Assembly: GCA_964350735.1 (NCBI GenBank)
Contig: CAYGKO010000001.1
Location: 182,578 to 246,577 of the forward strand
Length of the DNA: 64,000 bases
From: an uncultured Candidatus Saccharibacteria bacterium
Lineage (GTDB): Bacteria; Patescibacteriota; Minisyncoccia; Phycocordibacterales; UBA918
Direction: 5' to 3'
The notes beneath the pieces are model-generated. The model saw only the letters and a program-made list of their open reading frames with translations. It made no database searches and had not been told where the DNA came from. Made by a program: the position numbers and the translations under genes. Below, one piece after another: positions 1-9,169 of this stretch; the stretch's first letter is position 1; each line of letters begins with the position of its first letter.

Positions 1-113
1 ACTGTTTCACCTACAACTGATCGGGCGTGGAAGAAAAGTTCCTTGTCACCTTCAGCTGGCTTGATAAAACCAAATCCTCGATCGTCTACTACTTTAACAA
101 TTGATCCTGTCAT
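1..113 (-). CDS. cold-shock domain protein, partial (C-terminus lies outside the window)
   Basis: Minus-strand translation from ATG at 111-113 gives MTGSIVKVVDDRGFGFIKPAEGDKELFFHARSVVGE, a cold-shock domain with RNP-like GFGFI. An AT-rich leader lies upstream. Confidence 0.6.
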   Translation of the reverse strand, partial: MTGSIVKVVDDRGFGFIKPAEGDKELFFHARSVVGET

Positions 114-242
114 CTTGATATATTTTTTGTTTTGAATAAACACAAAACCTTCTTCGCCTGAACCTTCTACTTTAGCGTCGAAACACTACGTGGAGAACGA
201 GCTCCAGAGGAGAACTGCTTTGCTTACGTGCATTAAAGCACG

Positions 243-274
243 ATGAGCGGAAAACACAAGTGTTTTCCGCTCAT
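243..274. terminator. hairpin terminator: perfect 15-bp inverted repeat ATGAGCGGAAAACAC/GTGTTTTCCGCTCAT
   Basis: Seen directly. It sits at the 3' end of the minus-strand gene 279..641. Confidence 0.5.
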
Positions 275-278
275 TGTT

Positions 279-641
279 CTACTCCCTCGTGGCTAATCGT
301 ACTGAGCGTAAGGCTACTGCGTGCGCAACTGCCTGTTCGTCGGTGGGAGCAGAGAAAGTCTCATACCCATCAACGTAAAACCAGGCTTCGTCGATAGTGA
401 ACTTTTGTAACCGAATATCTACGTCGGTGGCTACATTGATTTGGCTAAATTGTTTCCCGCTAGCCGTGAGGCCAGTGATAGTACCATCATTCTGTACAGT
501 GAAACTGACGGGCATATCGTGGGTGGTGCTCCAGAGGTTATCGTTCGTGTATGTCTGCGGTACTGCGGCTTCTGCGGTTGGGAGGAAGCTTACGAATAAT
601 CCGAAGCAGAGTAGCATAACAAAGCTACCAAATGTTCTCAT
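279..641 (-). CDS. small secreted hypothetical protein with N-terminal signal peptide
   Basis: The N-terminus MRTFGSFVMLLCFGLFVSFLPTAEA is hydrophobic with an AxA-like cleavage site. No family recognised. Confidence 0.4.
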   Translation of the reverse strand: MRTFGSFVMLLCFGLFVSFLPTAEAAVPQTYTNDNLWSTTHDMPVSFTVQNDGTITGLTASGKQFSQINVATDVDIRLQKFTIDEAWFYVDGYETFSAPTDEQAVAHAVALRSVRLATRE

Positions 642-755
642 GAACCCGCTCAGTATAGTCCTCCTATACTTCCTTGCAACAAAATCTCCGTATTCAAAAA
701 CAGCTTTGACGAACTGTCACCGCAGTGGCACGACCACACAAATTACAAAAAAATA

Positions 756-798
756 GGGCTGGCTACAAAAGGCGTATCACGCCTTTTGTAGCCAGCCC
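756..798. terminator. strong GC hairpin GGGCTGGCTACAAAAGGCG/CGCCTTTTGTAGCCAGCCC
   Basis: Perfect long inverted repeat downstream of the minus-strand gene 804..1244. Confidence 0.55.
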
Positions 799-803
799 GT
801 CAG

Positions 804-1244
804 TCACGGTGCTGAATCAACTTCCGTCACTTCCCCATTAATAAAGGTGAAGTGACGTAGAGATGTGTCTTCTGGTTCCCAAAGCTGTACGTAGTTTTTT
901 ATAACCCTGACTTCGTCAGTCACGGCGATCAGTACGCTCAGACGCATTTCTCTAAAGAGAGTGTCGGTGGCAATTCCATCAATACGGAAATAGCCTTCTT
1001 TCGTCAGGGCACTGGCCGGTTGATAATGAATTTCTACGCGCGCTCGGTCATTTATTGGTTGAACGATAGTGCAACGGCTGCTCCCTCCGATGGAAAGTCC
1101 GGTAGATTCAATTTCAAACCCAAATGCTGTAGCAACAACTGCACAAAATGCCGTGTCAGCTGCCTCCCAGGCTCGTTCTGCCATTCTTCGATTATTGTTT
1201 CCCGCTTCCCGCTTAAGGGCGGCTTCGTATGCCTTCCAGTTCAT
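804..1244 (-). CDS. hypothetical protein
   Basis: 146-aa ORF with no recognisable motif. Confidence 0.35.
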   Translation of the reverse strand: MNWKAYEAALKREAGNNNRRMAERAWEAADTAFCAVVATAFGFEIESTGLSIGGSSRCTIVQPINDRARVEIHYQPASALTKEGYFRIDGIATDTLFREMRLSVLIAVTDEVRVIKNYVQLWEPEDTSLRHFTFINGEVTEVDSAP

Positions 1245-1313
1245 GAGTCACCTCCCTTTTCAAATAGCAGATTGTCCTACTCGCTAATCTACCCCACTAC
1301 ACTCAAAAAGCAA

Positions 1314-1955
1314 CTAGAATTCTTTTTGTTCGTCATTTCTTAGCCGGACAAACTCAATTTCGTTCACGGTGAGCTGTGATTCAAACAGTCCATGAGTCAG
1401 TGCGATGCCGTCTTCGTTTAAAAGCCAGTCATGCACGGGGAAGGCTTTCTTTGGTTTTACTTTGAGGGCATAGTTGATAGCGTCAGCAGTCTTACACCAC
1501 GGGCCTGCGACCGGGAGAGCCAAGATAGGCACCTCTTTCCCTGGTTCGGTGTACGCATCACCGGGGTAGAACAGCTCCTCAGCAATAAAATAGCCGGTGT
1601 TTTGCACTTGTCCATATTCTTCAAAGATTTCGGCGTGTTTGCCGTCGTAGGCTTCTATTGCTACTCCGGTGTGTTCGCCTCTCTCACGCCCTTCCAGAAT
1701 CTCATACGTGACCCTAAGCTCGGTGAGTACCTTCCCTACGCTCGTATTAGTCACTACTTTCGCTTCTGGGTTCTTGGCCAGAATTGTTTCGAGTGATTCA
1801 CTGTGTAAATGATCGGCGTGCTCGTGCGTGATCAGAATAAGATCAATAGCAGTCACCTCATTTTGTGACACCGAAAACTTCCCCGGATCAGTCAAAATCC
1901 GCTTCCCCGCCACTTCTATAAGTAAACAACACTGTCCAAATTTAGTAATTTTCAT
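1314..1955 (-). CDS. MBL-fold metallo-hydrolase
   Basis: THEHADH matches the metallo-beta-lactamase HxHxDH motif. 213 aa. Confidence 0.6.
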   Translation of the reverse strand: MKITKFGQCCLLIEVAGKRILTDPGKFSVSQNEVTAIDLILITHEHADHLHSESLETILAKNPEAKVVTNTSVGKVLTELRVTYEILEGRERGEHTGVAIEAYDGKHAEIFEEYGQVQNTGYFIAEELFYPGDAYTEPGKEVPILALPVAGPWCKTADAINYALKVKPKKAFPVHDWLLNEDGIALTHGLFESQLTVNEIEFVRLRNDEQKEF

Positions 1956-1957
1956 AT

Positions 1958-2401
1958 TTATGCAAAATCTTCTGGATTAAAATATGTAAGTAAGTCTTTC
2001 ATCTGACCATCTAGATCTAATGTTTTAATTTCGTCAGGGGTGAAAAATGCAATCTCAGCACACTCCTCACTCGGAGTGAAGTTGAGGTCTTTAAACGAAA
2101 CCTTATAGGCAAGAACCATAGAGTAAAACCAATCCAAGCCACGGTTGTTTGAGTATTTGTGAGGCCAGGCATAAAGGGGGTCTTTAGACATGCTAGACAC
2201 CTCGAGCCCCATTTCTTCCTGCACTTCACGGTGAAAGGCAGTTTGAATGTCTTCACCAAAGTCTAATCCCCCGCCCGGAAGCTCCCATTTCCCGCTCAGA
2301 GACTCAGCCTCGCGCATCATCAGTAACTTCCCGTCTTCTACACACATACCTTTTATTGTGACGCGATAGAAACTATCGGGGAAATGAGGTGATTGATTCA
2401 T
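1958..2401 (-). CDS. NUDIX hydrolase
   Basis: Nudix box GGGLDFGEDIQTAFHREVQEEMGLEV fits Gx5Ex7REUxEExGU. Confidence 0.65.
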   Translation of the reverse strand: MNQSPHFPDSFYRVTIKGMCVEDGKLLMMREAESLSGKWELPGGGLDFGEDIQTAFHREVQEEMGLEVSSMSKDPLYAWPHKYSNNRGLDWFYSMVLAYKVSFKDLNFTPSEECAEIAFFTPDEIKTLDLDGQMKDLLTYFNPEDFA

Positions 2402-2403
2402 GA

Positions 2404-2952
2404 TTATTTAGTCTTAGTTTCTAAATGCTGCTTTACTTTAGCTAAAGCGAGCTTGCGCATTGAGGTTTTGGTTTCACCAGCAGGGTCCATTTCACCCCAG
2501 GTTTTATCATACCCTTCAGGAATAAAAATTGGATCCCAACCAAATCCTCGTTCACCTCGAGGGGTATCTGCCACATGACCTGTAACCGAAGCATTAAATA
2601 GCTTTACTCCAGTCTCATCACAAAGCGCAAAACAAACCTGAGCGGTGCAACTTCGATTGTTATAGTCAGTAAGAAGCTGGGCTAGTCCCATATTATCTAA
2701 TGATTCTAAAAACCATTTGATCAGCGGTCCCGGTAAACCTCCCAGTGCATGGAATACTAATGACGTATCTTCAACTAAGACTGGCGTGCCAATCTGCGCG
2801 TACGCAGCTTCCGCTTTTTTGGTGGCAATCTCTTCCAGGTCGAGTGACTGAATTTCAGGAATATCGAGTTTTTGGTGTTGCACTTCGTAATCTAAGTGCA
2901 GACTGAGTTGCTTGGCTTTTTCAATATTTCCGGTAATGAAAGTGAGATTCAT
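2404..2952 (-). CDS. rdgB: non-canonical purine NTP pyrophosphatase (RdgB/Ham1 family)
   Basis: N-terminus FITGNIEKAKQ and overall similarity to Ham1/RdgB dITP/XTP pyrophosphatases. 182 aa. Confidence 0.6.
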   Translation of the reverse strand: MNLTFITGNIEKAKQLSLHLDYEVQHQKLDIPEIQSLDLEEIATKKAEAAYAQIGTPVLVEDTSLVFHALGGLPGPLIKWFLESLDNMGLAQLLTDYNNRSCTAQVCFALCDETGVKLFNASVTGHVADTPRGERGFGWDPIFIPEGYDKTWGEMDPAGETKTSMRKLALAKVKQHLETKTK

Positions 2953-2971
2953 CTAGGCAGTGTATCATTTT

Positions 2972-3495
2972 CTATAAGTCTGTAGTCGACTGAATACTTG
3001 CTCGTATTGCATTCAGGGTTCCCTCTGCTGTCTGGGTAGAGGTGTCGATGACTGTAGCGCTTGGACGTTTTTTAATTTGTTCTTGAGTCAGCTGCCATAC
3101 TCGTAGTGCTAATTCCTCAGAAGCCATTACATCTTTAAAGCCCCGTTTCTTTATACGTTCAAGTAGCACTTCTTGAGGGATATTTAAAATGAATTCGTGT
3201 ACTTCTACACCAGCTATTTCACCAAGGTTTATGAAACGATCCAAAATATCATCTGGTTCAGCGAGGGTCTTATCGACAACTACGTCTCTACCAGCGTTTA
3301 AATATGCAGCCACGGCCGGTAGGGCAGCAGTATAGGTAAGTTCGATTACTGTTAATCTTTCTCCCTCCCCTTCATTTACAAGTGATCGCCACGAGTCGAT
3401 ATCAGCATAAAGACCTAAAGGAAAATCCTTATACAGTTGTTCGCGATGGTGCTTTTTCCAGCCAGCGGGCAACCATTGAGAATAATAAGTTTCAT
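2972..3495 (-). pseudogene. P-loop kinase (AAA_33/CPT-like) disrupted by a frameshift just after the Walker A motif
   Basis: ATG at 3495 reads MKLIILNGCPLAGKSTIA (Walker A) and then hits a stop. The body continues in another frame as the tracked ORF 2972..3472 (REQLYKDFPLGLYADID...). Confidence 0.45.
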
Positions 3496-3580
3496 ATTTT
3501 GAGTATAGAAAAAAAGAGCTGTACGTCTTTTTCTCGCGGTTCCTTTTCGTCCTTGTGTGGTAGCTGCTGTTCCGTTTTCC

Positions 3581-4045
3581 TTATTTAGGTGACACTACGG
3601 TCTGTCGGTAGGTTTCTAGGTCTGTTACTAGCGCTTTGTGGTGGCGCTTCGCTACTGCTATTGTGACAGTGCTAACAAATGGTTTAGTTGAGGACTCTGT
3701 TGTGTAGATTTCTAGTATTAAACCATCACTCAGTCCACCAATCGGGAGGTCCCATTGATGTGCTGCGATGATCTTAAGGGCCGTAATCTGTTCCCAAGGA
3801 ATAATTTTTTTGGTCCATAGGTTTTTTATAGTCAATTCGTCATTATTACCAGACACTCTTGTTCGAGGAATAGCCATAAGCCATGTTACAAGTGCTACGA
3901 TCCACCACCAAATTGCAGATGAATCTGCCGCAGTATTTGATTCAGTTGGAATAGTGATAAAAATCGCAATGATGGTTAATAAGATTGCGAGCGTAATCCA
4001 GATAAATCCTCCTCGCCAGCGAACGAATATTTTTTCTTGTTCCAT
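3581..4045 (-). CDS. membrane protein with two N-terminal TM helices and a bacterial PH-like domain
   Basis: Two hydrophobic segments followed by a soluble domain of YdbS/bPH_2-like architecture. Confidence 0.35.
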   Translation of the reverse strand: MEQEKIFVRWRGGFIWITLAILLTIIAIFITIPTESNTAADSSAIWWWIVALVTWLMAIPRTRVSGNNDELTIKNLWTKKIIPWEQITALKIIAAHQWDLPIGGLSDGLILEIYTTESSTKPFVSTVTIAVAKRHHKALVTDLETYRQTVVSPK

Positions 4046-4118
4046 GATTCTAAGTTAGCATCATTGAGCTTGTTAAACCAGCTTTTCAATTTTGGAGTAA
4101 TTTGTGTACACTTATGTG

Positions 4119-4925
4119 ATGAAAATCTACTCGTGGAACATGAATGGGGTGCGGGCGGTGCAGAAGAAGGAGTTATTTGAGCCTTTTATTGCGAAACATG
4201 CACCCGATGTGCTCTGTATTCAGGAAACCAAGGCCCAGCCAGAGCAAGTTGAAGAGATGTTTGCTGAATTATTCCCCGAATATGAGCAATACTGGCACTC
4301 AGCGGAGAAGAAAGGCTACTCCGGGACGGCTATTTTCACTAAAATACCGCCAGAAGACGTGCTATTTGGCTTGCCAGAGGAGATCGTGAAACAATTCAAG
4401 CTTGAGGACAACTATGGCGATACCAGCAAAGAAGGTCGTGTACTGGTGGCCGAATACGAGCATTTTTACCTCTCTACCGTCTATACCCCCAATGCTAAAG
4501 ATGATCTCAGCCGGATCCCGATGCGGCAGCAGTGGGATCCAGCCTACTTGGCGTACATGAAACAACTCAAAAGTGAGAAACCAGTCGTCTTCTGCGGCGA
4601 CTTCAACGTGGCACACACTGAACTCGACCTCGCCCGACCGAAGCCGAACGTCGGGAAGAAGGGTTTCACCACCGAAGAACGAGCCGGGTTTGATGCCATG
4701 CTTGAAGCTGACTTCGTTGATTCGCTCCGAGTGAAGTATCCAGAAGTGCCCGACCTCTATACTTGGTGGAGCCACTTCGGTGGTGCGCGCGAGCGAAACG
4801 TCGGCTGGCGGATCGACTACGTGATGGTCGATACCGATCTAAAAGAGCTCATCAAGCGAGCTGAGATTCACCCAGATGTACTCGGCAGTGATCACTGCCC
4901 AGTTTCAATTGAATTGACAATTTAG
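4119..4925 (+). CDS. xth: exodeoxyribonuclease III / AP endonuclease
   Basis: MKIYSWNMNGVRA...CIQETKA...SDHCPV are typical ExoIII/EEP family motifs. The gene ends in TAG, so TAG is a stop codon in this genome. Confidence 0.75.
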   Translation: MKIYSWNMNGVRAVQKKELFEPFIAKHAPDVLCIQETKAQPEQVEEMFAELFPEYEQYWHSAEKKGYSGTAIFTKIPPEDVLFGLPEEIVKQFKLEDNYGDTSKEGRVLVAEYEHFYLSTVYTPNAKDDLSRIPMRQQWDPAYLAYMKQLKSEKPVVFCGDFNVAHTELDLARPKPNVGKKGFTTEERAGFDAMLEADFVDSLRVKYPEVPDLYTWWSHFGGARERNVGWRIDYVMVDTDLKELIKRAEIHPDVLGSDHCPVSIELTI

Positions 4926-5569
4926 ACAATCACACGAAAACTATGAATGTCAAGTTTTAAAAGGGCTCTGTTGAGCCATTTTTTAATGTCTTTTATAAAA
5001 GACATTGTTGAAAAGTTTTCCCCAGTTATCCCCAAGCTTTGTCCTTTACATAACGCTATAAAGGACATAGTATATGCGTAGGCCCAGAAAGGGCAAGCAG
5101 ATAACTCTGAAGTCTTGCGAAGAATCACTTCCTCGAAAGACTTCAGAGCTATCCCTTCAAGAGCACGTTCCACAACAAATTAGATACCTCCAAATCTAAA
5201 AAAACGTTCATAACATTCCCACCTTAGTGGACAAATGTGTAACGCGATGAGCCGCGAAGAGTACCGAAGTAGTAGAGCGCTTCGTTACTCCTCCCGGCTC
5301 AACGTAGAGCACGGACAGTATAAGTTAACTAAACTAATATTGTGACATAAAGTCCACAAACAAAAGTTGAGCTCCAACAAGCGGGTAAAATGCTTAAGAA
5401 GTATAAGCAACCCACATTACGGGGCTAAGTAGCTCCAAATAAGTGGGCTCACAAGAAGATAGGTAGTAGAAGAGACGCAAAGGCCTGAAGGCTCCGGCAG
5501 CAAATCACCACACCACTGATTAGCTTCCGAATCCTTCAGGCCTTTTTTTATTTTGCTATACTCATAAAT

Positions 5570-6004
5570 ATGAATCAGAAATTTACCTACATTGGATCAT
5601 CCTACTTGTTCTTAATTACAGACGGGAAGATTCTTTTGCAACGTAGAGCCAATACCGGGTTTGAAGATGGGAACTACGGGGTTCCGGCTGGGCATTTAGA
5701 TGGTAACGAAACAGCAACTGAGGGCTGCATCCGAGAAATACGCGAAGAAATAGGGGTTATTTTAAATCAAGAAGATCTCAGTGTCGTCCATGTAATGCAT
5801 CGCAAAGCCGAAACAGATGAACGAATCGACTTCTTTTTCACCGCCACTAGCTATGAGGGAGAGATTATTAATGCTGAACCAAACAAATGTGATGATTTAA
5901 GTTGGTTTTTACTTGATGATCTGCCAGTAAATACGATTGATTACGTAAAAAGTGCCATTGAGCACTATAAAAACGGTGTTACGTACTCAGAGTACGGTTG
6001 GTAA
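5570..6004 (+). CDS. NUDIX hydrolase
   Basis: Nudix box GHLDGNETATEGCIREIREEIGV. Confidence 0.65.
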   Translation: MNQKFTYIGSSYLFLITDGKILLQRRANTGFEDGNYGVPAGHLDGNETATEGCIREIREEIGVILNQEDLSVVHVMHRKAETDERIDFFFTATSYEGEIINAEPNKCDDLSWFLLDDLPVNTIDYVKSAIEHYKNGVTYSEYGW

Positions 6005-6086
6005 GCATGCCTGAGGGTTATCCCCAGTAAAAGGACTAACGCACACAGTGCGTTAGTCCTTTTGTGGTTTTTGGTGTGGTCAAAGA

Positions 6087-7565
6087 CTATCCGACGCGGT
6101 GTTCACGCTCGATGGCTTTGATCTCAGCCGCTTCTTCAGCTTGCTGCTTTTCCTTCCCTTTTTCAGCCAGTGCCTGCAGCTCTGAAATATCCATAGCTAA
6201 CAACGCTTTTGTACGGTTATCCAGGTATTCCGCAGTGTTTGTACTAGGGTCTTCCAACACCTCTTCCAACAGTGCATGCAGCAGATATCCCAGTCTTTTC
6301 CCCGGCTTTTCCCCAAACTTGTCCATTATATGGTCACCATTGGTCTTAAGCATCTTGACCGAGATAGGGTCACGTAGCGCTTGGTCCACCATCGCTTTGT
6401 ACTTCCGGAAGCGAAACGGCTGTTCTTTCGGTCGCCCGGTCCCAATCCGGTCGCAGACCCGGAGATTTAGTAAGTCTTCGATATTATCTTCCCCAATCCG
6501 CACTATGGTCCGTCGGACGGCTGCGAGGGTGATTTCATCTGGATCAGCAAAAAACATGTGCCAACGAACCAGATTCTCTACTTTTTCAGCTAGTTCACGG
6601 GGCATCTTCAGACGTTTCATGATTTTGCGCGTCATACGGGCCCCTACGACCTCATGGCCAAAGAAGGTGTATTTCTTGTTCTTCCCGCCTTCCCGCCTCG
6701 TCGCTGGTTTACCAATATCATGCAGAAGGGCCGCTAGGCGCATCTCGGTCGAGAATTCTTTATCCGCCGCCCCTTGTAGGGTCCGCAGTAGGTGTTCGTA
6801 GACGTCGTAGGCGTGGATACCGCCCTGCTCGCAACCAATCGAGTCTTTAATCTCTGGCAGGATGTAGTCGATCAGCCCGAGGCGCTCTAGTAGCGCCATT
6901 CCCTGCATGGGGGTGGCAGAATTAATGATCCGGAGCCACTCAGCTTGGATACGTTCAACCGATATGCGGCTCAAAAGCTGGTTATTTCGGGTAATTGCAG
7001 CCATAGTGTCGCCCTCGATAGCGAAGTTAAGCTCGGCTGCCAAGCGAATCGCTCGCATCATACGTAAGGCATCTTCTCCGAAGCGTTCGTTCGGATCACC
7101 GACAGTTTTAAGGCGTTTTTTAGTGATATCCGCTTCCCCGTCAAACAAATCAACAATCGTTTCATCTTTAAGGCGGTACGCAACGGCATTGATGGTGAAA
7201 TCGCGGCGTTTTAGGTCTTCTTCCAGTGACACGCCAAATTGCACGCTGTCAGGCCGACGATTATCAGAGTAGCCATGTTCGGTCCGGTAGGGAGTCACTT
7301 CAATCACTTTTAGACGCTCATCTTCCGTTTCCTCATTTTTCACCCCAACGGTGCCGTAGTCATTATTACAAAAGGTCTCGTCTTCTCCCCAGAGCGCTTG
7401 GATTTGTTCAGGATGGGCATTGGTAGTGAGATCCCAGTCTTTGGGAGTCCGGCCGAGGAGTAAGTCGCGGGTACAGCCGCCAACCAAATACGCTTCAAAA
7501 CCAGCGTTTTCTAAAGTGTCAGCCACTGTTTGGACTTCGGTGGGGATTTGAGCGCGAGTAATCAT
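6087..7565 (-). CDS. cca: CCA-adding tRNA nucleotidyltransferase with C-terminal HD domain
   Basis: GGCTRDLLLGRTPKDWDLTT is the poly(A) polymerase head domain. HD motif LLHDIGK. The start was reset to MITRAQIP because the tracked N-terminal extension runs antisense across a tRNA gene (it translates as LPGLEPGT). Confidence 0.75.
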   Translation of the reverse strand: MITRAQIPTEVQTVADTLENAGFEAYLVGGCTRDLLLGRTPKDWDLTTNAHPEQIQALWGEDETFCNNDYGTVGVKNEETEDERLKVIEVTPYRTEHGYSDNRRPDSVQFGVSLEEDLKRRDFTINAVAYRLKDETIVDLFDGEADITKKRLKTVGDPNERFGEDALRMMRAIRLAAELNFAIEGDTMAAITRNNQLLSRISVERIQAEWLRIINSATPMQGMALLERLGLIDYILPEIKDSIGCEQGGIHAYDVYEHLLRTLQGAADKEFSTEMRLAALLHDIGKPATRREGGKNKKYTFFGHEVVGARMTRKIMKRLKMPRELAEKVENLVRWHMFFADPDEITLAAVRRTIVRIGEDNIEDLLNLRVCDRIGTGRPKEQPFRFRKYKAMVDQALRDPISVKMLKTNGDHIMDKFGEKPGKRLGYLLHALLEEVLEDPSTNTAEYLDNRTKALLAMDISELQALAEKGKEKQQAEEAAEIKAIEREHRVG

Positions 7566-7636
7566 TGGGGTAATTGTAGCAGAAAGCCGTTGCGTTTTTC
7601 TTACAAGCGACGTATAGTATTGGCCACGCAGTGATT

Positions 7637-7708
7637 GCACCTGTAGTGAAATGGATATCATAACTGACTTCGGATCAGTCGTTCCAGGTTCGAGTCCTGG
7701 CAGGTGCA
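7637..7708 (+). tRNA. tRNA-Arg(UCG); no encoded CCA (3' ...AGGTGC-A then CAAAA)
   Basis: Hand-folded: 7-bp acceptor GCACCTG/CAGGTGC, U8, D loop with GG, anticodon stem ACTGA/TCAGT, loop CTTCGGA, T arm CCAGG-TTCGAGT-CCTGG. A hairpin terminator follows at about 7739-7762. Confidence 0.7.
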
Positions 7709-7796
7709 CAAAAGAGTCCAGACAGGGGCTAGACAACAAAATCGCTCTATTGAGCGGTTTTGTTAACTCTAAATGGGGACTAATTCGCAAAAAAGC

Positions 7797-7940
7797 TCAT
7801 GAGTCTTTAGAGGAGTCGAACTTTTTCCGATCTAGCTCTGCCATTACCTCATGGAAGCGACCAGACCGCTGTAAATCGTGGAATAGTTTAACGCAGATTT
7901 CTACGTAGCGTTCACTACATGGATGTAGGGGTTCTTTCAT
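7797..7940 (-). CDS. small hypothetical protein (47 aa)
   Basis: Untracked minus-strand ORF MKEPLHPCSERYVEICVKLFHDLQRSGRFHEVMAELDRKKFDSSKDS. No homology recognised. Confidence 0.2.
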   Translation of the reverse strand: MKEPLHPCSERYVEICVKLFHDLQRSGRFHEVMAELDRKKFDSSKDS

Positions 7941-8013
7941 AATTATTTGGTTATTTGGTAAGAGAAAAGGGCCGGATTTGGGTCCGGCCCTTTCGATGAT
8001 CGACTTGAACGTT

Positions 8014-8664
8014 TTATGCGTCTGCCAACTCTTTCACTGGCGCTGCACTCTTCGATGCGTTCAGTGCCTCTGTGATTGAAGTAGGAAGATCTGGATGCCC
8101 GCCGAGAACCGGACTGTTCGCCTTCTGAGCATTCACAGCGACGCTGAGGGCATGGACGTTATAGCCGTACTCGAACGCGAAGAGTAGGACACTCATCGTC
8201 AGGAGATTGCAATTGTGCGCGGCCCTCACGCGACGGCGGCGTGTCCGCTTGCGACCCGGAGAACCATACGGAAGCTCGATGCCATGTTCAGTGGCCAGTT
8301 TCCGAAACTCCGGGTAATAGGCTTTGCTGCACGCCCGACGATAGTGGTCGTAATGGCCACCAACGATGTAAACATCAGCTGGTCGCGTGTGCACCATCTT
8401 CGCCAATTCGGGCAGGTTGAAGATGAGCACGTCGCCGACGCGAACGGCTTCACGGATGTTTGCCCGACGGCGTTTGTCCATCGTGCAACTAAGGGCAAAG
8501 TCATCGACATGCGGTCGTTCATGAAGTGTGAGTGTTTCATAACCCATCACATCCTTCTGTTCAGCTCGCGGCAAGCAAGCTTCGCAATGGTTCATTCCTT
8601 GACACATGTACGTGTCCTCCTCTGTAGCCACGCACCAGTTCAAATTACTGGCACTCCATGGCAT
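8014..8664 (-). CDS. hypothetical protein with N-terminal Cys cluster (C-x9-C-x5-C-x2-C), higher GC than neighbours
   Basis: 216-aa ORF at roughly 55% GC. It has an arginine-rich stretch RKRTRRRRVR. No family recognised. Confidence 0.4.
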   Translation of the reverse strand: MPWSASNLNWCVATEEDTYMCQGMNHCEACLPRAEQKDVMGYETLTLHERPHVDDFALSCTMDKRRRANIREAVRVGDVLIFNLPELAKMVHTRPADVYIVGGHYDHYRRACSKAYYPEFRKLATEHGIELPYGSPGRKRTRRRRVRAAHNCNLLTMSVLLFAFEYGYNVHALSVAVNAQKANSPVLGGHPDLPTSITEALNASKSAAPVKELADA

Positions 8665-8837
8665 GCAGAGGACGACGTCTGTTTACTAGTAAAGCAGAAT
8701 AGTAAATATAATCAAATATTTAGATCCTGATTTTCAAGTGTACTCTGGTCAAGAATTCGATTTCTGACCCACTCCTGAGCACAGATGCAAAACGTTGCAG
8801 AGCCTTTAGCTCTGCGACGTTTTGCTATACTGAAGCT

Positions 8838-9122
8838 ATGGAATTATCTGAACGCTACCTGCAAAAGTTTGAAGCTGAAGGCTTTACTTCGGTGTATGAA
8901 TGGCAAGATCCAGCGGGGACAGTGTATGAAGAACATGCTCACCAAGGAAAAGTATCACTGTTTGTGACTGATGGCTCAGCCACTTTTGATATTGCTGGTG
9001 AAAAGAAAGAATTAGTGGCTGGTCAGCGTCTTGATGTGCCTGTAGGTGTTATACATTCAGCGGTAGTTGGTCCAGAAGGTTGGATTGTGATTGTGGGTGA
9101 AGAGATAGAGGGTGATTCGTAA
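8838..9122 (+). CDS. cupin domain protein
   Basis: 94 aa. Contains HAHQGKVSLFVTDGSATFDIAGEKKELVAGQRL, a cupin beta-barrel motif. Confidence 0.55.
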   Translation: MELSERYLQKFEAEGFTSVYEWQDPAGTVYEEHAHQGKVSLFVTDGSATFDIAGEKKELVAGQRLDVPVGVIHSAVVGPEGWIVIVGEEIEGDS

Positions 9123-9133
9123 AAATAAAATAC

Positions 9134-9157
9134 GGGCGGCTGTGTAAACAGCCGCCC
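9134..9157. terminator. bidirectional hairpin GGGCGGCTG-TGTAAA-CAGCCGCCC flanked by A/T runs
   Basis: Seen directly between the convergent cupin gene and the small peptide gene. Confidence 0.55.
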
Positions 9158-9169
9158 GATTTCGTGCAC

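Noticed and set aside
4922-5173. 83-aa minus-strand ORF in the structured intergenic region
   Set aside because: No RBS and no homology. The region is dominated by long inverted repeats, which points to RNA or regulatory function.
6064-6801. 245-aa + strand ORF
   Set aside because: It lies entirely antisense within the well-supported cca gene. Its Ser/Arg-rich low-complexity translation is typical of an antisense artefact.
7651-7908. 85-aa + strand ORF
   Set aside because: It starts inside tRNA-Arg and runs through its terminator hairpin.
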